DNA of 64,000 nt from a virus. The stretch lies in the IMG/VR virus record IMGVR_UViG_3300017963_007659, positions 122,315-186,314 of that record; one strand, 5' to 3'. The notes under the pieces were generated by a model. That model saw nothing but the letters and a program-made list of their open reading frames with translations, ran no database searches and was not told the origin of the DNA. Positions within the stretch are counted from its first letter, which is position 1. Each line of letters opens with the position of its first letter. The translations under genes were made by a program, and so were the position numbers. Below, one piece after another: positions 8,284-18,560 of this stretch.

Positions 8284-11200
8284 ATGGCTGACGTCTTAGT
8301 CACATCACAATATGTGCTCCCAGGTTCGTACCTAGGAAGAATCTACACACCCAACGCCGGAACGCTGTCGGGCGACCCAAGACAACCCTGTTACGTTGGG
8401 AAGGGTAGTCGACTTGCGACCGCAGCGAACGTTCCGATCCGCCGTGCGTTTTTGCAGGGAGAGGTCATCCCCTTCCCGCAGACGGTGCCGCACTTGGTAA
8501 CTCTTGCGCACCCATCGGATGGCGACCAGACGTTGGCAACGATGACTACACAGTCGGGGGCTGTCATTCCAGCCTCGAAGTGGCAGTTCCAGAAGTCCGC
8601 TCCCGGTATCACAGGATACGACCAAATTCTGCTGTTGCCGGAAGCCTTCAACTCCACCTCGACCTACACTCTCGACTACCAGACCATCGACCGAGATGTT
8701 GTCGATGATGTCCCGTTTGACGAGATGCGTCAAATGGTTAGAGTAGGCGACTACCAGGACCAGGATTTCTACTCCGAGCAGGTGGACTACCGCGTTATCA
8801 CCTCCAATACGGATCCAGTTCCGGACCCGACGGTGGCGAACGCGACGACTACGCTGTTCACTCCTGTTCAGCAGACGGCTACGGGTGGTGGTGCTCCGAC
8901 TCCGACGGTCAATGTTGGTGCCACCTACACAGGGCAGCACAACAGGCACTATCGCTTTGAGGCGGTTGGGCTCGCACCGCTGACCTTCTTGGTGGACATC
9001 ACCAACGAGGGTGGCGGCAACAACCTGACTCCGGACTATCCGGTAGGTCCGAACATCAGCGGGCTGACCTTCCCGGTCGCTATCGCGGGTGCTTACGACC
9101 TCGACTCTCAGATGGGGCTCACCTCTCTTGGTGTGCTAGTCGACCTCGACCCGGCTGACCCTGGTGTCTGGGCTGTTGGTGACGTTTTTGAGTTCAACGC
9201 GCTTGGACCGTCCGTCATCGAATTGGACCCAACCTACGACAACACCAACCAGTTCTCTTCGGTTTCTGCCCTCACAGCAGCGGCTGGAAATGGTGGAACT
9301 GGTACAGTGACACTGAACCCCAATACGGACTTCACGGGATCGACGAACAAAGATGTGCGCATCGAATGTGCCTCCTTTGCTGGTCTGTCTCCGAACCGAA
9401 CCGCTCTCTTCGATTGGCAGACCTACGGGGCTGATGCGATTGAGAAGGGATCGATTCTTGTAGATGAGTCTGTCGCGGGGAACCTGATCAACCGAACGGT
9501 AGCCGATGGAATCTCTGTCGACTTCGACTTCGGCACGGATGCTGGTGGAAACAGCGCGAACTTCGTTTTTGCGGCTGGTATCATCACCTTCGATGCGGGT
9601 ACAGGTACCTTCACTCCTAGCATGGTTGGTCGGCAGATCACCATCGTTGGAGCCACTACCCCTGCGAATGATGGTACCTTCGTCATCGCTTCCTATATCT
9701 CTCCAACACAAATCACCTACGCCAACGCTCTTGGTGTAACCGAGGTTGGAGCAGGTACCTGGGTTGTGGAAGGTTTCTTCGTTCCGACCTCAGCGACGAC
9801 ACAGGGCGACCTCTTCACGACGGCTGCTACTGCCCCCATGCTCTATTACACGGGTAAGGACGACCGAGAGTACACTCTGGAGGTCACAGCAGCTACGTCT
9901 ACTCCGTTCACCGCAGTGACTGGTGTTGCGATTGCTCCAACGAATACGTTCGACGTCGCAACGGATCTCACGACAGCCATCGCGCTTCATCCGAACATTC
10001 GGGTCGAAGGTTCGACGGGCAACGACAATCTCTATACGGTCCAGTCCACCTCCTACGATTCTGGAACGGACACCACGACTATCACCACAGTCGAGAACGT
10101 CCCGAATGCCGTAGCAGATGGAAACCTCTGGTACGGAACAGGCGCAGCGTCCATCTTCTGGTCGACAGCTACTCCTGAAGGTGGTTTCGGTACCCTTTCT
10201 CTGTTGGATAACGACACGGCTTCACCGCTCGCCGATGAGATCAAGTTCTATGTCCGAAACTCTGGAAATCCGCTGCTTCGCTCGGATGCTCAGAATCAGA
10301 GAAACGTCATCGCAGACGTCTGGACCTTCACGGTTACGAATGAGGATGAGATCTCTTGGACGCTCGCAGCGCGCGAGACGGAGACCATCGCTGTAGCGGA
10401 CCTTCGACAAGATACCACGGGTTCCATCACAGGAGCTTCTGGTGGCGTTCCTGGCACGCGTTACCTCATCCTTGAGCAAACTCCTACGATCCAGCCTCTT
10501 CGAGTGTGGACGACCAACCCGACGACCAGTGTCACCACTGAGCTGACGGTTGCAACGACACCTCCCTATGTCGCTGGTTCGGACGCCTACTGGATCACCG
10601 GGACACCGTACATCTTCTTCCCGACGACTCCGACTGAGCCTGTCTCGGTCACCTACCAGCACAGAGCGTTGGAGCCGGATCCTGGACAGGTCTACTACAT
10701 CACGTCGTACTACCTGCGACCCCTCAACTTCTACAACAACCCGATTCGGTTGCTGAACGAAGACGAGGCGATCTCGGTTCTCGGTCCCATGGACCCCGAG
10801 AACGACCTTCTCATCATGGCTCTCGTTGCCCTGGTGGACTGCAACGCCTTCGCTGTTTGGGTCACGCAGGTTCGAGACACAGACGATGACGGTGTGTATA
10901 CCACATACGACTACAACACGGCTATTGAAGCCACAGAGCTGAATGACCAACTCACGGACATCACAGTTCTACAGAACTTCGATTCGCTGTCCAAGCTGAA
11001 GACGTCTGTCATCCAGATGAACGACCCCTTCGAGCGGAAGCAGCGTCTGTGCTGGGTTGGAGCCCCCATTGGGACAGAGATTGGCGATACCGACACTCCG
11101 GACACTTTGGTCTACTTGGCCAAGAGAACGCTCCAGGTGTACGGTGAGAGCCCCGCGCACGGTGCCTTCATTCTTGTAGGCAACACGGTGTGTGAGCGCA

Positions 11201-11844
11201 CCATTGAGCTGGCTGAAGGGACTCAGACCACTGTCACCCTTGACGGAAGCTTCGTGGCGGGTGCTGCGGCTGCTCTTGTCGCCTCCTACACTGATCCTGG
11301 TGAGACCATTCTCCGAAAGGACCAGCCAGGGTTCGACCGTATCGGTGGAACGACCATCGATATTCAGTACGAGGAGAAGGAACTCAAGCTGCTTGGTGCG
11401 GCGGGTGCAAGTACCTTGAATGAGGTTGGCTCCGGTATCTACCAGTGGGTTGAGGACATCACCGTAGACACATTCGCCCAAGATACTCAGCAGATCAACG
11501 CGATGACCCAGAAGCAATTCGTCGAGCGTTACGTCCGAAGTCGGATGGACACCTCGATTACGGGTATCGTGGCTCCGTCTGCTCAGGCGGGTGTCGCCAT
11601 CGTCAAGGGCTTCCTGGTTGAGCTGCTTCGCTCACTGGCAAGTCGGGGTATCATCGGTGCGTGGACGGATGACTCTGGGAATGAGCGAGACATCGATCCT
11701 CAGAACGATGTTGAAGTATTCCGGGATGATACGGACCGAACGTTGTACCACTACAAGTTCTGGTTCAACATTCGGTACCCAATCAAGCGGACCTTCGGTC
11801 TCTACTCCGTCGACTCTCGTTCCTTCACACCGCTCGCTGCCTAG
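8284..11844 (+). CDS. Contractile tail sheath protein (1186 aa) with large beta-rich insertions
   Basis: N-terminal YVLPGSY...YVGKG; C-terminal sheath core (DITVD...INAMTQKQFV...LYHYKFWFNIRYPIKR); tail tube gene nearby. Confidence 0.88.
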   Translation: MADVLVTSQYVLPGSYLGRIYTPNAGTLSGDPRQPCYVGKGSRLATAANVPIRRAFLQGEVIPFPQTVPHLVTLAHPSDGDQTLATMTTQSGAVIPASKWQFQKSAPGITGYDQILLLPEAFNSTSTYTLDYQTIDRDVVDDVPFDEMRQMVRVGDYQDQDFYSEQVDYRVITSNTDPVPDPTVANATTTLFTPVQQTATGGGAPTPTVNVGATYTGQHNRHYRFEAVGLAPLTFLVDITNEGGGNNLTPDYPVGPNISGLTFPVAIAGAYDLDSQMGLTSLGVLVDLDPADPGVWAVGDVFEFNALGPSVIELDPTYDNTNQFSSVSALTAAAGNGGTGTVTLNPNTDFTGSTNKDVRIECASFAGLSPNRTALFDWQTYGADAIEKGSILVDESVAGNLINRTVADGISVDFDFGTDAGGNSANFVFAAGIITFDAGTGTFTPSMVGRQITIVGATTPANDGTFVIASYISPTQITYANALGVTEVGAGTWVVEGFFVPTSATTQGDLFTTAATAPMLYYTGKDDREYTLEVTAATSTPFTAVTGVAIAPTNTFDVATDLTTAIALHPNIRVEGSTGNDNLYTVQSTSYDSGTDTTTITTVENVPNAVADGNLWYGTGAASIFWSTATPEGGFGTLSLLDNDTASPLADEIKFYVRNSGNPLLRSDAQNQRNVIADVWTFTVTNEDEISWTLAARETETIAVADLRQDTTGSITGASGGVPGTRYLILEQTPTIQPLRVWTTNPTTSVTTELTVATTPPYVAGSDAYWITGTPYIFFPTTPTEPVSVTYQHRALEPDPGQVYYITSYYLRPLNFYNNPIRLLNEDEAISVLGPMDPENDLLIMALVALVDCNAFAVWVTQVRDTDDDGVYTTYDYNTAIEATELNDQLTDITVLQNFDSLSKLKTSVIQMNDPFERKQRLCWVGAPIGTEIGDTDTPDTLVYLAKRTLQVYGESPAHGAFILVGNTVCERTIELAEGTQTTVTLDGSFVAGAAAALVASYTDPGETILRKDQPGFDRIGGTTIDIQYEEKELKLLGAAGASTLNEVGSGIYQWVEDITVDTFAQDTQQINAMTQKQFVERYVRSRMDTSITGIVAPSAQAGVAIVKGFLVELLRSLASRGIIGAWTDDSGNERDIDPQNDVEVFRDDTDRTLYHYKFWFNIRYPIKRTFGLYSVDSRSFTPLAA

Positions 11845-12023
11845 TCCGTATCCTTATCCTCTTCTTCCACTTTTCTAACAGGCATAAGAGTCCTGCAAAC
11901 CCCATCTGGAGGGCTCTGCAAGTAATCCATGATTACGTCCGCACAGAGTAGCGCTATGTACTCCGTGGACACCTTGTCGCGCTCTTCTTCGTCTGTACTC
12001 ATGCTTCTCTTTGACTGTTTCAT
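11841..12023 (-). CDS. Small hypothetical protein
   Basis: 60-aa ORF convergent with the sheath gene. Confidence 0.35.
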   Translation of the reverse strand: MKQSKRSMSTDEEERDKVSTEYIALLCADVIMDYLQSPPDGVCRTLMPVRKVEEEDKDTD

Positions 12024-12072
12024 TTTAGGCGCTTCCCTTGGGTTACTCTATACATAGGAGTCTTTCCCTTCG

Positions 12073-12402
12073 ATGGATAGAAAAACAGCAACCATCCTCA
12101 CGAATCTTGAAGAGCAGGGCTTCAAGAATGAAGCTGACCTGCTTCTCCGTGCCTCCTTAAAGAAGGTAGCGGAATCTATGCCTCTCTTCCAGCCTCACCA
12201 GAAAGTATCCTTGGTGTACCACAATCGTCAGGAAGCTCTGGCGGGTGTAGTGGTTGGAATAGATGAGCGCACCATCACCGTCGCGTCGTCAACGGAGACG
12301 CATGAGTATCGATGGACAGGAGAGATCTTCGAGGATCTGGATGCGAGTAGTACTCTGTCGATTCCTGTAGCAATCCTCCCAGAGTATAACGGAGACGAAT
12401 AG
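12073..12402 (+). CDS. Hypothetical protein, probably virion-associated
   Basis: GGAG RBS; GGTTAC motif at 12041; LEEQGFKNEADLL motif. Confidence 0.7.
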   Translation: MDRKTATILTNLEEQGFKNEADLLLRASLKKVAESMPLFQPHQKVSLVYHNRQEALAGVVVGIDERTITVASSTETHEYRWTGEIFEDLDASSTLSIPVAILPEYNGDE

Positions 12403-14136
12403 ATGTCTGCACTTTTGACCAAAAAAGACCTTCGTGAAGCCGCCGTCCTCCTGGACACTCTTGACGTCGTTTTGGATATCGACCAGTCCTCCTGTGAAAA
12501 GAACGCTGCGGCTGTTTCCGAATTCGCCTTCACTGGACTTGTCAAGAAGTTCCCTGGACTTTGTGACAACATCGACAGGTCCGTAGAGGAGATCGACGCG
12601 GAGATCAAGAAGTTCGAGCGTCTCCGGGACAAATGGAAGAATGCAAAGGTGCAGGGAGCGCGTGCTGTGCTCCATGCTACCGCCGTAGCTATCGTCGGCT
12701 ATGTGTTCGGTGATATTGGAAAAGCTGGAATAGCAGCCGCCGTCTCCTTGGTCAGTGAAGGGGTCATCGCTCTATTCTTGAGGGCTCTGGTTGCCATGAA
12801 GAAGCGCAAGAAGCGCAAGGCTATCGATGAGTTCGACCCCAAGATGGTGACAGCTTGTGAGAAGGCCAAGAAGCAGAAGGCCAAGGATGTGGAGAAGACC
12901 TTGACGGAGATAGCGGAGAAGGAAGCTGGAGCCAAAGCCCCGTCTGTGATGGAGTTGGTGGCTACGTTTGATACTATCTCCGTGCTCTGTGAGACCCTTG
13001 ACAACGAGAAGGTTGCTGGTACTGATGCTGAGCGGGAGATCCGTGAGAAGATCGCTGATTGGTCTGATGTGGCGTTTCGAGTAGCTATTCTGAGAGCCCC
13101 CAACCTATGCACTTATGTAGGTGCCCCTCCTGAAGCTATCTCTAAAGAGATCAAGAATATCAACAGGATATTGAAGAAAACTAAGAGAGAGATGCTTCAC
13201 AATCCCCTAACTGTAAGTGCTACAGGAGGCATTCTGGGGATATCTCTGATATCCGCGCTCTTCGGAGGTCCCGGTGCTTTGGTTCCGGGTGCGGTGACCC
13301 TAGGACTGATGTGGGCTGCTATTGGTGCTACTTACCTCTATCTCAAAGCTCTTACCGCTCTCTACAAGATGACACTTCGTGGTGTTATGGATGACGAGAG
13401 GGTGCAACAAATCAAAGAGATCTGTGGGAAACATTATCCTGAGAAGCTACGTCGTGAATGGGTTGACCGACATGCGAAGGATGCACCTCCAGAAGAAGGC
13501 TCTTTCCCAAAGAAAGCTGAAGCACATCCCCCCTTGCATATAGCTACGATGCTTGAAGCGGACCTCGACGAGATGGAGACTTCTATCGAGCGTCTCTACC
13601 TCCTAGCCGAAGAGTTGGACGCAGCGAACTTCAAGGATGCTGCCATCCGTGACAAGGTGATTGAGAAGTGGGCCAAGCAGTGGGCCAAGCTCGTCACCAA
13701 GGCTCCAGGGCTCTGTCGATACCTCAACATGTCTCAGTACGGTTTGAAGGTCGTCATCGACCGTGTTGAGAAAGAGTCCGAGTTGGTGAAGAAGTACTGG
13801 AAGGGACGCAACGCTGACGCTGCCAAGGGTGCTGCTATCGCCATCTTCGCGCGAGTGAAGGGTTTCCCTCCTGGCTCCGAGATCATCGCTCAGTTTGCTC
13901 TTCCTGTCGTAGAGAAGCTCATCGTGCTGTACTTGAAGGGATTGTGGCTGCTCCACAAGTTCATGAGGAAGCAAGCAGTCCCTGTCATGCTCTACGAAGC
14001 CTTCGATTTGGCCTGTAAGACGGTGTATCCAATGAAGACACCTTCGGAAAAGGTTATTTTGAAAGAGGAAAAAGAGTATCAAACTCGACTTGAGAATGGA
14101 ACTGCTGCTCCGGGGCTCCCGGCAGTCAAAATATAG
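12403..14136 (+). CDS. Hypothetical protein with three internal repeats and hydrophobic segments
   Basis: 577 aa; KFPGLC, RAPNLC and KAPGLC units, each followed by a hydrophobic stretch. Confidence 0.75.
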   Translation: MSALLTKKDLREAAVLLDTLDVVLDIDQSSCEKNAAAVSEFAFTGLVKKFPGLCDNIDRSVEEIDAEIKKFERLRDKWKNAKVQGARAVLHATAVAIVGYVFGDIGKAGIAAAVSLVSEGVIALFLRALVAMKKRKKRKAIDEFDPKMVTACEKAKKQKAKDVEKTLTEIAEKEAGAKAPSVMELVATFDTISVLCETLDNEKVAGTDAEREIREKIADWSDVAFRVAILRAPNLCTYVGAPPEAISKEIKNINRILKKTKREMLHNPLTVSATGGILGISLISALFGGPGALVPGAVTLGLMWAAIGATYLYLKALTALYKMTLRGVMDDERVQQIKEICGKHYPEKLRREWVDRHAKDAPPEEGSFPKKAEAHPPLHIATMLEADLDEMETSIERLYLLAEELDAANFKDAAIRDKVIEKWAKQWAKLVTKAPGLCRYLNMSQYGLKVVIDRVEKESELVKKYWKGRNADAAKGAAIAIFARVKGFPPGSEIIAQFALPVVEKLIVLYLKGLWLLHKFMRKQAVPVMLYEAFDLACKTVYPMKTPSEKVILKEEKEYQTRLENGTAAPGLPAVKI

Positions 14137-14191
14137 GCTTGAGTTGCTTTGTCCCTTGGTGGAATAAAGCTAGCGATAACGAGGATTTAAC

Positions 14192-14710
14192 ATGTCTTCA
14201 ATTTCTCCCTACGGCGGCAACGTACATGGCGTGCGCGCCACCCCGTTGGATCTCGACGCCACAGGTGCGCCAACAATCAAAACCTACCATGGTGTGACCA
14301 TCAGTGTCGATGGGAAGATTGTTGGACGTATCACTACGTGGAATCCGAACCCCTACACCCGTGAAGGCATGCATGTCTACGAAGTGAGCCACATCACGTG
14401 GGGTAAGCCAGTGGACTACGTTCCTGGCAAGGGTGGCGATTGGACCATCTCTTGTGGTCGAACCGAGGTTTGGAACCAAGAGCTTGAAATCGCTCTCGGT
14501 TTCCCGTCGGTCTGGTCTGACCTCACTGAGCAGGACCGTCCGTTCACGGCGCAAGAGTATTGGTACCGTGGAACAACCATCTATCGAGTATGGAACTACT
14601 CTGGTTGCTGGTTCCAAGATCGTTCTGAAGATGGTGTGGAGAACGAAGGTGACGCCATCGTTCGCACCAACCCGACGATCGCTTTCGTCTCCAGAACCAT
14701 GGTGATCTAA
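14192..14710 (+). CDS. Tail tube protein
   Basis: 172 aa, beta-rich; GKIVGRI...VDYVPG...RTEVW...DRPF...YSGCWF pattern typical of contractile-tail tubes. Confidence 0.8.
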   Translation: MSSISPYGGNVHGVRATPLDLDATGAPTIKTYHGVTISVDGKIVGRITTWNPNPYTREGMHVYEVSHITWGKPVDYVPGKGGDWTISCGRTEVWNQELEIALGFPSVWSDLTEQDRPFTAQEYWYRGTTIYRVWNYSGCWFQDRSEDGVENEGDAIVRTNPTIAFVSRTMVI

Positions 14711-14723
14711 CCCTATCCATCGT

Positions 14724-16487
14724 ATGTCGACACAAGAACAACAGAGGTCGGCGCGGTCTATCCGCCAACTACTTGATCAGAAGCCCAACTACGGTCGAGA
14801 CGACCCTCGCTTTTGGAGGGAGAAGATCGATCGTTGGGAGCGGGGGAAGGACCGCGATCGTCGACAGATGGATACGCAGCAACGGGGCGAGCAGCCCCTG
14901 ACGCTCAAGCCAACCTCCTTTTGGCAAGCTCCTCAGTCCTTCTGGCAGGGGCCACAGTCTTTCTGGCAGGAGCCTGAACCGCTCAAAGACGCTCTGATTG
15001 CCGAGATCGTCAAGCCTCTTGAAGCCGAGATTCGGCATGTTGTTCGGAGCAAGCTGGAAGCTCTCTGGGCAGTCAAGAAGGTTCGACAGCAGCAACAGAA
15101 TGTCGGAAATATCAAATGGTTCTTTCAAAAGATCCAACGGCAGTTCGAGGACAAGGTAATCAAACTAGGGGACTACCTCCGAATCTTGAAGGCATTCTAC
15201 GCACTCTTGAAGCTCCTTGACGAACGACGCGCCAAGAACAAGGCGAAGAAAGACCTAGAGCAGAAAGAGTGGTACGAGCAGCAAGAGGAGAAAAAGCGTC
15301 AAGAGAAGGAGAAGTTCACTCTTGGCTCTTCTTTCTCCCAAGAGCGCGCTTGGATTGCCAAGGAAGTCTCTGCGCTAGCTGTTTTCAAGGCGAAGGGCGA
15401 CGAAGGTCTCGCTGACCAGTTCCTACAAGAAACAGGTATGGGCTCTCTTGACGAGATTGAGCTAATGCCTGGTTTGAAGATCAAGGTCAAGGATGATGGT
15501 GGAGACGACGGTGGTGGTCCGGACGATTCAGGTCCCGATACTACAGATGACTCCTCTTCCTCCGATTCTGAGACCAAGAAGAAGAAGGATAAGCCGAAAA
15601 CCCCCCAAGAAGAAAAGTCTTCTAGGAAGTGGATGGCTCTCTCTGCCAAATTGAGGGCAGAAGCTACAGGGTTAGATAAGAAGGAAGCCCGACGAATCAT
15701 GAAGGAATTCGGCAAGGCTGTCGCTGCGGGAGATGAGAACGAAGCGCGTAAGTCACTCTCGAAGGCGAAAAATTCAACTGAGATTTGGAAATGGGCCAAA
15801 GGTATGTTTTTCAAGAAGTCGGCCCGAGGAGCAATCATGAGCGACCCTAAAGAAATCATGGCAATGGTCAAGGACCTGGACGAAGTTGCTGAAAGCCTCG
15901 AAGCCTCTGGTGCCGATGAAGCTCTCATCGAAACGATCGACAAACAGGCGGCAAAGCTCCAGGCGTACTACGGCATGGAAGAGACGATGTACGATGACGA
16001 CGAAGACATCGTAGACGACTCGGAAGAGCTGGCGCTGGACTATCAGCAGGCTCCTCCGATGCAAGCTCCGATGCAGCAGCCTCCAATGCCTCGGCAGCCC
16101 CCAATGGGTGGTCCGATGGATCCCGGCTGTCAGCAAGCTCCGATGCTTGAAGACCAGACGACCATTCCGAATCCCGGTTTGCCGACGCCGACTCTTCCGG
16201 ATCAGACCACGCTCATGAACCCGCGTCTGCCTGCTCCAGGTATCCCAGGTCCGACCAACTCGACCATGCCTGTCCCGCAGTCTTCTGTCCCGATGGAAGA
16301 AGACGTGGCACTCGACGACGTCGTATATGACGATGATGATGACGCCTATGGCGACGACGAGATCATGGACTACGAGTCTGATATGGTCTTCGCCGATGTC
16401 GTAGCTTCTGTCTCCAGTAAGTTGGACGAGCGTGGCGCTACCGAGCTGGCGGCTGAGGTTCGTTCCCTGCTGAATGAGACTGAGTAG
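14724..16487 (+). CDS. Hypothetical low-complexity protein (possible internal start at 15837)
   Basis: 587-aa ORF with SFWQ x3, acidic and Pro/Gln/Met-rich tracts. Confidence 0.7.
   Translation: MSTQEQQRSARSIRQLLDQKPNYGRDDPRFWREKIDRWERGKDRDRRQMDTQQRGEQPLTLKPTSFWQAPQSFWQGPQSFWQEPEPLKDALIAEIVKPLEAEIRHVVRSKLEALWAVKKVRQQQQNVGNIKWFFQKIQRQFEDKVIKLGDYLRILKAFYALLKLLDERRAKNKAKKDLEQKEWYEQQEEKKRQEKEKFTLGSSFSQERAWIAKEVSALAVFKAKGDEGLADQFLQETGMGSLDEIELMPGLKIKVKDDGGDDGGGPDDSGPDTTDDSSSSDSETKKKKDKPKTPQEEKSSRKWMALSAKLRAEATGLDKKEARRIMKEFGKAVAAGDENEARKSLSKAKNSTEIWKWAKGMFFKKSARGAIMSDPKEIMAMVKDLDEVAESLEASGADEALIETIDKQAAKLQAYYGMEETMYDDDEDIVDDSEELALDYQQAPPMQAPMQQPPMPRQPPMGGPMDPGCQQAPMLEDQTTIPNPGLPTPTLPDQTTLMNPRLPAPGIPGPTNSTMPVPQSSVPMEEDVALDDVVYDDDDDAYGDDEIMDYESDMVFADVVASVSSKLDERGATELAAEVRSLLNETE
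14914..14976 (+). repeat. Three degenerate 21-nt tandem units (SFWQxPx)
   Basis: TSFWQAPQSFWQGPQSFWQEP, in frame. Confidence 0.85.
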
Positions 16488-16527
16488 CATACTTCCAACT
16501 CAACCTAGTCAATAAAGACTAGGAGGA

Positions 16528-17007
16528 ATGGACTGTATGGGCACTACGACGCCACTGCATAGTCAGGACTCAAGCCCATGGAAGCTGTTCGAGTTCTACG
16601 CACGACGCTTCCAGACCTTTTCGTCGCAGCTCGCTGCATTTCAGCGTGCCCTTATTGTTGTGTTCACAGAAGGCTCCTCTGAATCTCTGAACTACCCTCT
16701 CCATCGCAGTCAGGTGGTGGAGATGACTACCTTCTGGACCTCCAGCCAAGAAACCCTCATTGAGCTATTTTTGGATGTCCCTGCAAACAAACGACGACTT
16801 CTGTCCAAATACGTCGATACCCTTACGAGAAACCTCCCTCTCATCGATGAGAAAAGCTGCGCGCTTCAGCAGAATCAAGGGGAGTTGTCCGTGCTCATGA
16901 AGGATGCACAGAAAGCATTCACAAGAGTTTCTGCAAAGTTAGAAGAGCGTGCTCGCTGGTATCGAGTACACCCCATCTTGAAGAGCCACGCAGAGACAAG
17001 CGAATAG
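16528..17007 (+). CDS. Hypothetical protein
   Basis: AGGAGG RBS; CTAGTC-AATAAA-GACTAG inverted repeat upstream. Confidence 0.6.
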   Translation: MDCMGTTTPLHSQDSSPWKLFEFYARRFQTFSSQLAAFQRALIVVFTEGSSESLNYPLHRSQVVEMTTFWTSSQETLIELFLDVPANKRRLLSKYVDTLTRNLPLIDEKSCALQQNQGELSVLMKDAQKAFTRVSAKLEERARWYRVHPILKSHAETSE

Positions 17008-17072
17008 CCCGATCAGGGGGTTATCTTCTTCCAGTACCGTTGAGAAGCTCATACTTGTAGGAGAACTTAGTC

Positions 17073-17837
17073 ATGTCAACTACTCCACGTAAACCTACTC
17101 TTGCCCCCAAAACGGAGAACCTTGGTGGTCGCTCCGCTACAAGAGTCGATTTGAACGAGATGGCTGAAGAGGAGCTGGAGAGCACCAATCAAACTGGTGT
17201 AGCCCCTACTTTGGGACCGAATCCTCCACAACCACAAAACTTCGTTCCGTCAGAGCAGCACCTTTCCGACGAAGCGGCTCCAGAAGCAGCTCCCGAACCT
17301 CCCGTTGTCGGCGCTGATCGCCCCTACGCTCCGGAGCAGCAAGCTCAGAACGTCTTGAAGATGCTCAAAGAGAAGCTGGGAGTTCGGCGCGTTGAGCCTA
17401 TCGATGTGAATGTGGGCGGCATGCGCTTCACCATGGTCAAGCTCTCCGATCGTGATGCGGAGTGGGCAGTCAGCAACTCCGATGAGAACACCGCGCACAG
17501 AGGTGCCTCTGTCTCCTCTCTCCGCACGTCTATCGTTGCGATGTCGGTGCGCGCTATCGAGGGTATCCCTCTCTATCAGGTTCTGGACATCCAGCTTCCT
17601 GAAGACCAAAGAGGGAAGGCATTGGAAATCGCTGACCAGCTCTATCCTCCTGTAGCCGTGCGCTTCGCTGCGGCTGCGAAGTACCTGAACATGCTTCGAG
17701 ATGAAGTAGACGATAGTGTCTGCCCTGCATTGTATGACATCTACAACGTTCAAATCGAGGAAAAGCATGCGGTCAAAGTGGAGATGGACGCCCCTTTCTC
17801 CGAGACGCCTTCAGAGAAGGAAGAGACCCAGAGCTAG
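17073..17837 (+). CDS. Tail assembly chaperone (gpG-like)
   Basis: Lies downstream of the tail tube and ends with a slippery heptamer. Confidence 0.7.
   Translation: MSTTPRKPTLAPKTENLGGRSATRVDLNEMAEEELESTNQTGVAPTLGPNPPQPQNFVPSEQHLSDEAAPEAAPEPPVVGADRPYAPEQQAQNVLKMLKEKLGVRRVEPIDVNVGGMRFTMVKLSDRDAEWAVSNSDENTAHRGASVSSLRTSIVAMSVRAIEGIPLYQVLDIQLPEDQRGKALEIADQLYPPVAVRFAAAAKYLNMLRDEVDDSVCPALYDIYNVQIEEKHAVKVEMDAPFSETPSEKEETQS
17792..17798 (+). promoter_or_regulatory. Programmed -1 frameshift site C CCT TTC
   Basis: X XXY YYZ heptamer in frame; the -1 frame is stop-free from here to 18286. Confidence 0.8.
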
Positions 17838-18286
17838 ACCAGCTCGGTTGGGTTCTCGCGAAGTGTAAGGTTCTGCCTACGGACCCTGCTGTCCGTAAGA
17901 TGGACCCAATCACTACGCTGTGGTACTCCATGTGGTTGCATCGTGTAGATGAAGAGAATCGTCGCTGGTGGGACGATACTCTCGGTACCCGATGGGACAG
18001 AGAGTACTTCGACAGCCTAGCGAGAGGCGGTGGAGACGGGGAGCGTCCGGACTCAGTTCGTGTCCCCATAACACTGGCGCTAGCTCAAGTCGACTTCCTC
18101 AAGGAGGTCAAGAAGATTCTCGGTACGGCTGCTGCGGACATGCCTGGAGGCATTCCGAGTGGGTTGGAAGACAGTCCTGTAGTCGAGATCGGCAATTGGC
18201 CGAAGAATGACTTCCTGGCTCTCATCAGTGGTGCAGGTCTCCTTCCTGAGCACCTCGACCCCAAGACCAAGCCCAAGAAGAAGTAG
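17798..18286 (+). CDS. Frameshift extension of tail chaperone (gpGT-like C-terminal part)
   Basis: -1 frame LRDAFREGRDPELDQLGWVLAKCKVLPTDPAVRKMDP... continues into track ORF 17900..18286. Confidence 0.75.
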   Translation, partial: LRDAFREGRDPELDQLGWVLAKCKVLPTDPAVRKMDPITTLWYSMWLHRVDEENRRWWDDTLGTRWDREYFDSLARGGGDGERPDSVRVPITLALAQVDFLKEVKKILGTAAADMPGGIPSGLEDSPVVEIGNWPKNDFLALISGAGLLPEHLDPKTKPKKK

Positions 18287-18309
18287 TCAAAGTAGACAGA
18301 GGAGGACAG

Positions 18310-18546
18310 ATGCACTACGATGACGAGAAACGTCTTGGCGCGGATCTCACTACAAGAATCGCCAAGGCGGCGCAGCAGTTCTACCCCTCTGGCATTGTAG
18401 TCCCTGATGGTCAAGTAGCGCATATGCGCAATCTACAAGACTTCATGGGGAAGTTGGGGGAGTCAAAGCAAGACCCTCTCATCGGTTGGTACCAAGGGCT
18501 CCCTGTATACCGGTCTCTCGGGAGAGACGAACTCCTCATCTTCTGA
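18310..18546 (+). CDS. Hypothetical protein
   Basis: GAGGAGG RBS; TAGTCAAAGTA motif at 18284. Confidence 0.7.
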   Translation: MHYDDEKRLGADLTTRIAKAAQQFYPSGIVVPDGQVAHMRNLQDFMGKLGESKQDPLIGWYQGLPVYRSLGRDELLIF

Positions 18547-18560
18547 GTCCCAAAAACCTC

